A stretch of DNA of 64,000 bases from Clostridia bacterium (GTDB taxonomy: Bacteria; Bacillota; Clostridia; Monoglobales; Firm-18). The position numbers and the translations under genes were made by a program. Positions 30,926 through 40,001 of this stretch are shown here, in pieces; the stretch's first letter is position 1; each line of letters starts with the position of its first letter. The DNA is taken from assembly GCA_045576675.1 (NCBI GenBank), contig JAZNGX010000176.1:3892-67891 (forward strand), read 5' to 3'. The notes under the pieces were generated by a model. That model was not told where the DNA came from and did no database searches. It saw only the letters and a program-made list of their open reading frames with translations.

Positions 30926-32702
30926 TTCTTTCAATAGACTCAAAGCCGTTAACAGAAAGCTTAACATTTACTCCGTCCTTATACTGGTCCTTTGCAAGCT
31001 TAACCACCTTTGAAGTTCTTCCAAGCATAATTACATCACCGGGAAGAAGAGTTGTGTGAGATGTTAAATATTCTAAAACACGCTCTGCACTTGGTGAATA
31101 TTCAGCAAAATCAACAGCGATATCGCCAACACCCTCAACTGTCAATGTACCTTTAAGGTCAGCTATATTAACCTCCTTAACCTCGCCGATTGTGTTATAG
31201 CCGTCACCCCATCTGCCATATACAAGACCAATACCGTTTTCCTGCGGTGTTGCAGGCTCTATTATCTGATTCTTAATTGAAAGGTCTGTTACAGAAACTA
31301 TTGGTGCAAAGCCTAAAATATAGTCCTTTGCATTAGCCTGAGTTGCCCCTTTGGTAATCTTTTTAATAACCAATGCCATTTCTGCACTGATTTCAATATC
31401 AGTTGCTCTTGGTGACATTAACAGCTCGTCACGGCTGTCAGTAATCTGACCTCTTGGACCGCAAAGAAGTCTTGGTGAATCTGCCTTCGTCCATCCCAAT
31501 GTTTCGTTTACGTCCTTAAAGTTACCGTAGCATGTCCAAACATTCTGAATATTTGAAATATCGAATGAATCTATTTCTGTATAACCCTTATCAATGCAAT
31601 CCTGAACAGCAGGAACAAGCGGAATTTGTTTTTGTTTTTCACTGCGGTTATCACCCAGCTCTTCAGGATAGTAAACATGAGCAGATAATTCGCCGACATA
31701 CTCGATTTCAGCTCCGATTGAACCATTTTCTCCAAAAGGCATCATTTCAACATCTGCCGCAATTCCATCTGTACCAACTGTACCCATATGAATAACATCA
31801 CCGGGATGCAAGGTCATAAACTGTGAGAAGAAGTGAGCTGTTCTTTCAACACCAATCATATAGCCTGCTGTGCTTGAACGGTCACGCTTGCCGCCGTTTG
31901 TTTTTGTCCATACCAAAAGGTCATAAGGGTTACCAACCTCTTCCTTTGTTACGATGTACGGACCACAGATACAATGTGAGTCTGCACCCTTACCAATCCA
32001 CGACCATGTTGCATCTGCAAACCAATCGGGATATTTTTCAAGCAGCTTTGCATATTCACCGTTACATTCCTTATCAAAAGCAGGATAATAATCTGCTATC
32101 TGTGCATCATAAACAATTGTATATCCTGCAATATAGTCATAAATCTCATCAATCGGAACGTTATAGCACTCTTTACCTATTACTATTGCAAGCTCTACAT
32201 TACCACCAGGATGACCAATGAAGGTTTCACCGTGTCCCACAACAGATGTCATAGCACGCTGATGACCCTGCGGCAAAATATTAACGTGAGTTCTCGGTGG
32301 ATTTGCTCTGAAGAAAGACGGACTGTTCTGAACAAGTCCCAAAAACAGTCTTGAATCAGGCACAGGAACTCTCATATGTACATCTTCAACAGGATGACCA
32401 CAGCACGAAATAAAATAGGGGTCAGACTGCTTTATATAGTGCTTAACGAAGGTTTCAAAGCGTCTTAAAATATCCATTCCCTCGTCGCCCATTTCCAAAA
32501 ACTCCTTCATTGTTTTTGGCCAGTTGCCCTCAGGCATAAATGTGGGAAGGCACTTAAAATATCCGTTTGTACCATTTGTTATAAGTCTGATAGCCTTTTC
32601 GCATTTCTCAGGCTCGTAAACCCATTCCTTTCCGTCCTCTTCGTTTAAAAGCACGAATCCCCAAGTTTGTTTTCCGTCATACTCAAATGTTGCAAGTTTC
32701 AT
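30909..32702 (-). CDS. Tandem fumarylacetoacetate-hydrolase (FAH) family protein
   Basis: 597 aa. N-terminus MKLATFEYDGKQTWGFV is typical of FAH-family proteins. Two FAH-like halves (..GNVELAIVIGKE..GDVIHMGT.. and ..DIEISAEMALVIKK..GDVIMLGR..). Confidence 0.65.
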   Translation of the reverse strand: MKLATFEYDGKQTWGFVLLNEEDGKEWVYEPEKCEKAIRLITNGTNGYFKCLPTFMPEGNWPKTMKEFLEMGDEGMDILRRFETFVKHYIKQSDPYFISCCGHPVEDVHMRVPVPDSRLFLGLVQNSPSFFRANPPRTHVNILPQGHQRAMTSVVGHGETFIGHPGGNVELAIVIGKECYNVPIDEIYDYIAGYTIVYDAQIADYYPAFDKECNGEYAKLLEKYPDWFADATWSWIGKGADSHCICGPYIVTKEEVGNPYDLLVWTKTNGGKRDRSSTAGYMIGVERTAHFFSQFMTLHPGDVIHMGTVGTDGIAADVEMMPFGENGSIGAEIEYVGELSAHVYYPEELGDNRSEKQKQIPLVPAVQDCIDKGYTEIDSFDISNIQNVWTCYGNFKDVNETLGWTKADSPRLLCGPRGQITDSRDELLMSPRATDIEISAEMALVIKKITKGATQANAKDYILGFAPIVSVTDLSIKNQIIEPATPQENGIGLVYGRWGDGYNTIGEVKEVNIADLKGTLTVEGVGDIAVDFAEYSPSAERVLEYLTSHTTLLPGDVIMLGRTSKVVKLAKDQYKDGVNVKLSVNGFESIERKIKAR

Positions 32703-32736
32703 TTTTTCTCCTCCTTGTATTTATATAAATAGTTTT

Positions 32737-34032
32737 TCAACTAACTTGCTCTGTGTTTTCCGCAAACTGTTTTTTAACAACCAGTCGATTATAAAGTACA
32801 GTTCCCATAAGAATAACAACCGATATTACTGAAAGCACCTGTTGCCCATAAACGGGTATACCAAATATGCAATTACCATTGTTTTGTACGTATGAAAGGA
32901 TAAATCCGCCCACAAGAGATGCCAAAAATCCGCACACGCCTACAATGCTTCTGCTGATTGCCATTGCAGGAACAAAATAGTCATTTGGCACGCACTTAAA
33001 AACGATGTTAATTCCGTTGGAGCTTATTCCTGCATTACCAATACCATAAACTATGGTAAATATCACAATTAGCCACCATGACGCCTTGTTGCAAAAGACA
33101 GTCAGCAAAAAGCTGAATCCCATTATGATACATCCAAGCTCAATACCGTTGTTAAAACCATATTTATCAGAATACTTACCAAATCTTACCGAAATTAATG
33201 CTCTTATACTACTTGCTGCAATATTTATAATCTCAATCACACCCAAAGACATCATAAGCTCATTAATTTTAAATGTATTTAAAAATCCGCTTGTCATAAA
33301 AATTCCGATTTGAGCTATCGACACATAAGTTACAGCTGTACGGAATTTTTTATTATGCAATGTATACTGCATAATTTCTTTAAGCCCGCCACTCTTTTTG
33401 GTTTCTTTTTTCTTTTCTTCATTTTTAATTGCAGATGCACATATAAAATTCAAGGTACCATTTACAAATATTGTACACGCAATAAATAAAAAGCCATATA
33501 TTAATTTCCCATCAGCTTCAAAGGTGTCCACAATCATACCAACTGCAAAGGAAAAAATCATACCGCCGATTAATGACAGAATTTCTTTTTTTGCACTGTA
33601 CTCTGCAAGTACATTGGGCGAAACATAAGAGTTCGCCCAACGGTACAAAACAGGCTCCACAAGCATACGCATAAAATACGCAACTAAAAACAAAGTTATT
33701 GCCAATACTACCTTTAAGGATTGCTCAGCAGGCAAAAACGGAATAAGATAAACCAGTATGAGCATAAACTGACTTAACGTACCAAAAAACAAATATGTCT
33801 TTTTAGTATTTCTTATCTTATCGTTTATAAAAACCAATAACAGCTGCATAAGAAACGCAAGCGATGTACACGATGTAACAACACCTGTTACGGCATCTGA
33901 TGCTCCTATACTTATAAAAAGCTTTGATAAAAACGTATTGGACACCATAAGCGTTATTAAGTATTCAAACAACGCCTGAAACAAGTATGCTTTTCTCGAA
34001 CGAACATATTCCTTGCTTTCATATTTTTCCAT
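32737..34032 (-). CDS. MFS-type transporter (12 TM)
   Basis: 431 aa, hydrophobic two-times-six TM layout with a central charged loop (NEEKKKETKKSGG). Confidence 0.75.
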   Translation of the reverse strand: MEKYESKEYVRSRKAYLFQALFEYLITLMVSNTFLSKLFISIGASDAVTGVVTSCTSLAFLMQLLLVFINDKIRNTKKTYLFFGTLSQFMLILVYLIPFLPAEQSLKVVLAITLFLVAYFMRMLVEPVLYRWANSYVSPNVLAEYSAKKEILSLIGGMIFSFAVGMIVDTFEADGKLIYGFLFIACTIFVNGTLNFICASAIKNEEKKKETKKSGGLKEIMQYTLHNKKFRTAVTYVSIAQIGIFMTSGFLNTFKINELMMSLGVIEIINIAASSIRALISVRFGKYSDKYGFNNGIELGCIIMGFSFLLTVFCNKASWWLIVIFTIVYGIGNAGISSNGINIVFKCVPNDYFVPAMAISRSIVGVCGFLASLVGGFILSYVQNNGNCIFGIPVYGQQVLSVISVVILMGTVLYNRLVVKKQFAENTEQVS

Positions 34033-34048
34033 AGATTATCACCCGGTT

Positions 34049-37000
34049 TTATAACCCCAAATCACTTATATATTTTTCGCATACAGACATTGTTTTCCAA
34101 TCATTTGAAGCAATTATATAAAGATTTCCGTTACGTATTGCCCACGGCTTTCCGTCAGCAGTTTTATAAAGCACATCAGCCCCGTCAACAGCGTTTAAAA
34201 TTTGTTTTGTTACGCCATTCTCTATAACGTATTCATCAGTATAATACTTATCTATTTCGGGTAAATCGCCAATATTGTCCCTGAAGCCAAAGAACACAAT
34301 GTTTTTACCCTCTCTGTTTTCTCTGACAGCCTCACAAAGCTTTTCACCAAACAACTTTGTTGCCGGCTTCTTTTCCATAAATGTCATAAGCAATTCTGTA
34401 TCCACAAGCGGATTGGATGTTGGTATAATTCTTCTTGCCCCGCTATGCGGATCAAACTCTATTGAAAAGTTTTCAATATCATCAGAATAACCAACTGCTG
34501 TATATCTGTTCGGTCTTGTCCAATAATTTGTTGCGGCAGGATAATAAAAGCCTGTTTCAAACTGAGTTTTATTATCCTTAAGCTTTGCTACGTACTCATC
34601 TGTGTGCAAAATGTCATTAAACGATTTTAACCATGGATACATTTTTGGGTTTGCTTCATACGAATAACCCTCGTGTATCTGCACGCCTGCTTCTTCACCG
34701 TTAAGCAAGAAATCAAATATACCCTTAGCACCACCGTTATACAATTCAGTAAAATGCTCGTGCATATATTCTTCGCTTGGATAACCATGAATTTCTTGTT
34801 CATATTTCACATTGATGTTCGACTCTGTTTCAGTTTCTGTAACTATCTGCCACATAGTTTTTACTGCACTTTCAGCTTCACCATATGCTATACTCTGCTT
34901 ATATTTTGCACCCCCGTAGATATCACCATATGCTTCAGCACCTACGCCGTCAAAACCACCATAAGTTACATTGTTTACAAAATAGTCGCTGTAAATACTT
35001 GCTTCCTTATAAACAACCGGAACATCGTTATACTTCTTTACGTTATCAGCCAGCAAGTTCGAAAACTCTGTAAATTTGTCTGATTTAAAATACCAAAAAT
35101 CATTCCACGCATGGCCGTTATATGTATCCGCCTGATAAACTCTGTTTGTGCTGTCAAGCGCAAAATATGTGTAATACTCGCCGTTACTATCCTTTGGAGA
35201 AGTATAAATAGGTATAATCTGCGAAGCTGCTTCAAAGCTTGGTATAGCAGGCTTTGTAAGCCAGGCTTCGTTTAGTGCATCAATTGTGCCATATTTTTCT
35301 TCAAGCCACTGTGCATACTCTGCATTGGTATTATCCGACACAAAGCGTGCATTTTCAGCATCGTTATGTACGCCTGTTTCATTATAGCAAAGGTCAACCC
35401 ACAATCTGAAGCCGTCACCCATTTCCAATGCATCAGCAAATTTTGCAACAGCCTCGTATGACTCATTATCGTAATCTATATAGTTACTCCAAGCTCTGCC
35501 GCGATCGCTGTAAATTTTTGGAGTGAAAGCCACGGTACAGGTTCTTCCCGACGGAATAGTAACATCTGCTGACATTGTATATGTTCCGTTACCATTGGCT
35601 TTAACAGTTACATCACCATTTTGTACGTGAATTGATGTTTCCTCATTTATAACTATGAACTTACCACCCACAACACTTGGTGGTGTTACAACCGTTGTTG
35701 CAAAATTCGACGGATTGATTGTAACACTTACAGTTCCGCTTTCGGTTACTCCTGTAACACGTACATTTGATGTGTTGTCTCTTGCAGCTCTAACGTAATA
35801 TGAATAAAGAGGCTTACCGCCATTTTGACGTTCGTTAAGCTGAATGCCATATTTAAAGCCCATTTCATCAAGTTTATCTACAAGTCTTTGCCACGCTTCC
35901 ATAGGAATATCGGTACCCAAGTTTTGCGGATTTATATACAAATCCGTCACACCCTCAGCCTTAAATCTTTCAAGCATTGCAACATCCTTTGCAAAAACCT
36001 CTTCATTTCCCGCAGGGTCGGTTGGACTATATTTATCAAGATAGCTGAAAAGTGACATTCCGCCCATAGGTATATACGGCTCACCATCCCATATAAGTGT
36101 ATGTGCCTGATTTACATACCAGAAATGATACAAGCCTGTTTTTCGTGCAATATATGTACCATATGACATCGGCTTATATGCAACATCATAATTTATATCG
36201 TTATCAAGGTCAATGTTAATATTTTCCGACATTTTCGTGTTTAGCTTATTAAGCTGAACACGAAGCTCATATTCACCCGAAGGGATTCCGTCTGTTACAG
36301 AAAACTCAAATTCCGCTTCAATCTTTTCACCGGCAAAGTAAGAAGACGTAGGAACAACAGCATCGGTTTCAACAACATCCCAAAGCTCTTTGCCTTTCCA
36401 AAGTGTAAGACTTATTTCACTGTCAAAATCAACCTCATTTTCAAGAACAACTTCAATCTCGCTCGAATATGTTTCGTTGCCGTTTATAACCTCAGGCAAT
36501 TCAATACCGCTGACATTTGCAATCACCGATACATCCTCATACTCGCCAGTATCAGCAATCGGTGCCATATTTCCGTTCCACAAAAACATCTTTATTACTC
36601 CGCCATCCGTGTCATAAGGCAGCATCAGGTCAGTTGTAACAGCAACGCTTTCACCTTCGGGAACATCAACAAGCTCAGACTTGTTTATACTTACAAGCCT
36701 GCCTGAATTGTCATAATACGCAAGAAGAGCAATTGCATTCTGCTCACCATTACTGTTTAAAAGTGTTGCACTTGCATTTACAACCTCACTATTGCGAAGC
36801 TTGCTTCTGATTTTTGAACCGTCGGCATATGTAAGCTTAACATCATATGCATACAAATCGGGTATTACAGTAACCTCGTACTCCTTTGTACCAACTGCAC
36901 TTAAACTTCCGATTGTTTTTTCAACCGTTGCAGTAAGTATAGCCTTACCAATCTTACCATTATCATTATGAACAATCTTTCCATCTGATGTTATTACAGA

Positions 37001-38779
37001 GGGATTGCTTGTTGACCAGCTTATTGAAGAACCTGTTACTGTTGTTGCCGGAAGTGCAATATCATCACGAAGCATATTTGTATTAATACCAAGTGTTGCT
37101 GCTTCAAAATCAGCAAGACGCTTCAGATAATCATTATTAAAGCTTGAAGGCAATATACCAGTTCCTGTAGGAACAAACGCAATAAAGTCAAACATACAAA
37201 GATATATATCACCCATAGAACGCAAATCGCCGCTTCTGAACTTAAGTGTATTCACACCATAGCTTGAAAGCTTAACATTTGGTATCTTATTCCATCTTAA
37301 ATTGGTAGTATTATCATATGTTGCGACTCCGCTTGAGCTTTCGTACCCCTCCGCAAGCCTTGCATATTGGTAATCAGAGCCGTTAAGAGAATATTCATAA
37401 TGACTTACGTGTCCATCAGATGCACCTGTTGATACAATGTACATATCATAAGCACCTGACTTTGTCGGTCTGAAATTATATATGATTTCAGGAATTTCTG
37501 TGTATGCAGTTGTAGTTCTGTAAAACTGCTTCAGATAATATCTGTTACTCATAAGCATGGATGTGCCGGAACTGTTTGAAGAAGAGCCGTCAGCACATAC
37601 TATACTCATTCCATAACCCGGGCTTTCGTTTAAAACACCTTTGTTATTAACTGAAAAATGCTCCGCCTCCAACCATATACCATTATACTCATTTTTTTGC
37701 GGAACAGAATTTTGGTCTCCCGGTATCCACTGCCAGCTTTGCGGCACGATTGCTATTTTATTTATAAGTGACAGATAGTCTCCCTGACTTCTCGGGTCAA
37801 TTGTAAGCTTTAAATTATGCTCACCCTGTGCAATAATCTGTGATGGAAATCTATGCCACGAAATTGCTCCAAGTGTGGAATGATTAGTAACAGCAACCGG
37901 CTTATAAGCCGAGTTGTTAAAGTTGCCCTGATAACCTGTTCCCAGATTTTTTCCTGAATAGTTACCATAAACAGCATCACCATCATCTATTGTCAGGCTA
38001 TAGTCAGAAATCCATGTCAAATCAGGTCTGTTGCCATATACCCAGATATCGTAAATATCCGAAGCCTTGGAAGTAAAAGAATAATCATACGAAGCCGTAA
38101 CGCCCGTACCCTTTAAATATACATCTGTGCTTATAAGCGTGTAATCAGAATCAGGAATCCCCGGCTTTGTTACGGAATCAGTTGGTGTCCAGTTATAATA
38201 AGACGGCACAATTACAATTGCGTCCATTGCAAAGATGTAACCACCAAGCCCACGCTCCTCTGGATATATGCTGATAGTATGACGCTGTGCCGAAAGCGTT
38301 GAAGTTGGCATTTTATTCCAAACCATAGCTGCACTACCCAATGCCGAATGTGTATTATACAAGGTTGTCGGCTGATATGGAGAGTTGTTCTGATTGCCGA
38401 CATATCCGATGTTCATACCTGAACTGATGCAATATTCAGCCTTTCCGCCATCTATCTTATATGTAAAGTCTGAAACCCATGTTAAATCAGGGCGTGTTGA
38501 CAACACCCAGATATCATAATCACCTGCTTCGTTTATTTCAAACGTATAATCTGCATGATAGTTTTCTGCTCCTGTTGGCGATACATTTCTTATAAACGCA
38601 GCAATACCATCGCTTGCCTTGTCATATGAAATAGAGCTTTTGTATGTACTTGTGGCATCCATTTTTTCTGCTTCAAGCCATACGTAACCCACCGAAGCTT
38701 CTGCAGCCAAAACAGGCAACCCGGGCAAAAGCAAAGTCATAGCACATAAAAAAGCTACGATTTTGTTAACTATTTTCAT
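34049..38779 (-). CDS. Giant secreted protein: three W-x-EAE modules, Ig-like domain, beta-sandwich, Ig-like domain, C-terminal GH42/clan GH-A-like domain. Putative novel glycoside hydrolase
   Basis: 1576 aa. Signal peptide MKIVNKIVAFLCAMTLLLPGLPVLAAEA. Modules at YVWLEAEKMD, DYTLISTDVY.. and GIWLEAEHF. C-terminal domain has WVDLCYNETG..EYAQWLEEKYGTIDALNEAW..IVTETETE. No SLH. Confidence 0.7.
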   Translation of the reverse strand: MKIVNKIVAFLCAMTLLLPGLPVLAAEASVGYVWLEAEKMDATSTYKSSISYDKASDGIAAFIRNVSPTGAENYHADYTFEINEAGDYDIWVLSTRPDLTWVSDFTYKIDGGKAEYCISSGMNIGYVGNQNNSPYQPTTLYNTHSALGSAAMVWNKMPTSTLSAQRHTISIYPEERGLGGYIFAMDAIVIVPSYYNWTPTDSVTKPGIPDSDYTLISTDVYLKGTGVTASYDYSFTSKASDIYDIWVYGNRPDLTWISDYSLTIDDGDAVYGNYSGKNLGTGYQGNFNNSAYKPVAVTNHSTLGAISWHRFPSQIIAQGEHNLKLTIDPRSQGDYLSLINKIAIVPQSWQWIPGDQNSVPQKNEYNGIWLEAEHFSVNNKGVLNESPGYGMSIVCADGSSSNSSGTSMLMSNRYYLKQFYRTTTAYTEIPEIIYNFRPTKSGAYDMYIVSTGASDGHVSHYEYSLNGSDYQYARLAEGYESSSGVATYDNTTNLRWNKIPNVKLSSYGVNTLKFRSGDLRSMGDIYLCMFDFIAFVPTGTGILPSSFNNDYLKRLADFEAATLGINTNMLRDDIALPATTVTGSSISWSTSNPSVITSDGKIVHNDNGKIGKAILTATVEKTIGSLSAVGTKEYEVTVIPDLYAYDVKLTYADGSKIRSKLRNSEVVNASATLLNSNGEQNAIALLAYYDNSGRLVSINKSELVDVPEGESVAVTTDLMLPYDTDGGVIKMFLWNGNMAPIADTGEYEDVSVIANVSGIELPEVINGNETYSSEIEVVLENEVDFDSEISLTLWKGKELWDVVETDAVVPTSSYFAGEKIEAEFEFSVTDGIPSGEYELRVQLNKLNTKMSENINIDLDNDINYDVAYKPMSYGTYIARKTGLYHFWYVNQAHTLIWDGEPYIPMGGMSLFSYLDKYSPTDPAGNEEVFAKDVAMLERFKAEGVTDLYINPQNLGTDIPMEAWQRLVDKLDEMGFKYGIQLNERQNGGKPLYSYYVRAARDNTSNVRVTGVTESGTVSVTINPSNFATTVVTPPSVVGGKFIVINEETSIHVQNGDVTVKANGNGTYTMSADVTIPSGRTCTVAFTPKIYSDRGRAWSNYIDYDNESYEAVAKFADALEMGDGFRLWVDLCYNETGVHNDAENARFVSDNTNAEYAQWLEEKYGTIDALNEAWLTKPAIPSFEAASQIIPIYTSPKDSNGEYYTYFALDSTNRVYQADTYNGHAWNDFWYFKSDKFTEFSNLLADNVKKYNDVPVVYKEASIYSDYFVNNVTYGGFDGVGAEAYGDIYGGAKYKQSIAYGEAESAVKTMWQIVTETETESNINVKYEQEIHGYPSEEYMHEHFTELYNGGAKGIFDFLLNGEEAGVQIHEGYSYEANPKMYPWLKSFNDILHTDEYVAKLKDNKTQFETGFYYPAATNYWTRPNRYTAVGYSDDIENFSIEFDPHSGARRIIPTSNPLVDTELLMTFMEKKPATKLFGEKLCEAVRENREGKNIVFFGFRDNIGDLPEIDKYYTDEYVIENGVTKQILNAVDGADVLYKTADGKPWAIRNGNLYIIASNDWKTMSVCEKYISDLGL

Positions 38780-38811
38780 AAACTACACATCCTTATATCC
38801 AATTAGCACAA

Positions 38812-38895
38812 TTGCTTAATTTAATTTTATCACACACGTATAATTTAGGTAAAGTACACAAATTTGCGATTTGGTTAGTTAATTTGCTTTTATGC
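38812..38895 (-). promoter_or_regulatory. Conserved upstream element, copy B (promoter plus putative operator of the 1576-aa operon)
   Basis: Paralogous to 30842-30925. TG-A-TAAAAT at 38824-38832 and TTACCT at 38847-38852, with identical spacing because of compensating indels. Confidence 0.5.
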
Positions 38896-38916
38896 ATTAT
38901 GTACCTTGCTTTATCG

Positions 38917-38945
38917 TTGACAAAGAAAAATGCTGATGTTACAAT
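38917..38945 (+). promoter_or_regulatory. Near-consensus sigma-A promoter of the sensor/TCS/GH78 operon
   Basis: TTGACA (38917-38922), 17-nt spacer ending in TGT, TACAAT (38940-38945), 33 nt before ATG 38979. Confidence 0.6.
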
Positions 38946-38978
38946 ATAAATGTTAAAAAAGGCGAGGTGACATAAGCT

Positions 38979-39974
38979 ATGTTTCAGGGAATAAAAAACA
39001 AAATTGAAATATTTATCATTTTTGCTGCGGCATTTTTAATAACACTTGTCACGATAAGCATCGGTTCAACCTTCCGCATATCTTTAACCAACGATTTTAT
39101 CAATCACTCAGTTCAGTCTGCTGAGCAGCTTAATAATAATATAAAGCTTAATCTGACTTCGTTTGAAACAGTTGCAAATTTGCTTACACATAACACAACC
39201 ATTATCGAAGCTATGTCAACCGACAAATATAATATTGATGTAATCCCAATACTGGATAGTGTTGCGATGACAAATCTAAACATTGCAGGTACGTGCCTTT
39301 ATGGTGTTAATGGTATCAACTATTATTCAAGCACTGTTCAGGCTCCTCCGCCACTTGATTTTATTCTTAAAAACGAGATTCCGGACGATTTTGTTCAATC
39401 CGCAGACAGCACAACCTGGATATTGCGTGAGCATACCATAAAGGAATACAAGAATTACACAGGGTATTACAGAAGTGCTAACGGCTTGTTTTCTTTTGTA
39501 AGCAAGCTCAGAAATGAAAGCAATGAGCTTTTAGGATATTTTCTAATTGATATCCCGATTAATAACATATACAGCTTTCCGATGAATAAAGATAACATTT
39601 TTTTAAACAATACAAGTATATATATTTTAAACGAACAAAACAAAATAGCTCACACCTTCAAACAGGCAAATAATAATGACGAAGCCTTCAATCCTGAGCT
39701 TATCACCAACAAAGATATCACTTTGCCGATACGCCTTAAAAATGCTGTTGCAACAGTAAGTGAGCTTGAAAACACCAATACAAAAACCGTTGTATATACT
39801 TCGTTCAGATACATAAAAAACAAGTTCTATGAGCTTATTGTTATACTGTTTATTTTAGATTCGTTGTTTATACTGCTTGTAATACTTTTGGTTAAGCCTT
39901 TATCAAAAAGTATATATAAGCCATTACAGGCACTTTATTCCAAAATGAAAGGTATTCACAAGCTGATACAATAA
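38979..39974 (+). CDS. Membrane protein resembling only the sensing half (TM1, extracytoplasmic domain, TM2) of a YesM-type histidine kinase
   Basis: 331 aa. TM1 IEIFIIFAAAFLITLVTISIG, ~260-aa extracytoplasmic region, TM2 LIVILFILDSLFILLVILLV. Ends 25 aa later (KPLSKSIYKPLQALYSKM), where a HAMP helix would begin. No H-box or ATPase. Confidence 0.5.
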   Translation: MFQGIKNKIEIFIIFAAAFLITLVTISIGSTFRISLTNDFINHSVQSAEQLNNNIKLNLTSFETVANLLTHNTTIIEAMSTDKYNIDVIPILDSVAMTNLNIAGTCLYGVNGINYYSSTVQAPPPLDFILKNEIPDDFVQSADSTTWILREHTIKEYKNYTGYYRSANGLFSFVSKLRNESNELLGYFLIDIPINNIYSFPMNKDNIFLNNTSIYILNEQNKIAHTFKQANNNDEAFNPELITNKDITLPIRLKNAVATVSELENTNTKTVVYTSFRYIKNKFYELIVILFILDSLFILLVILLVKPLSKSIYKPLQALYSKMKGIHKLIQ

Positions 39975-40001
39975 TACTCTTAATAAAGGGAGCGTAACCT
40001 G

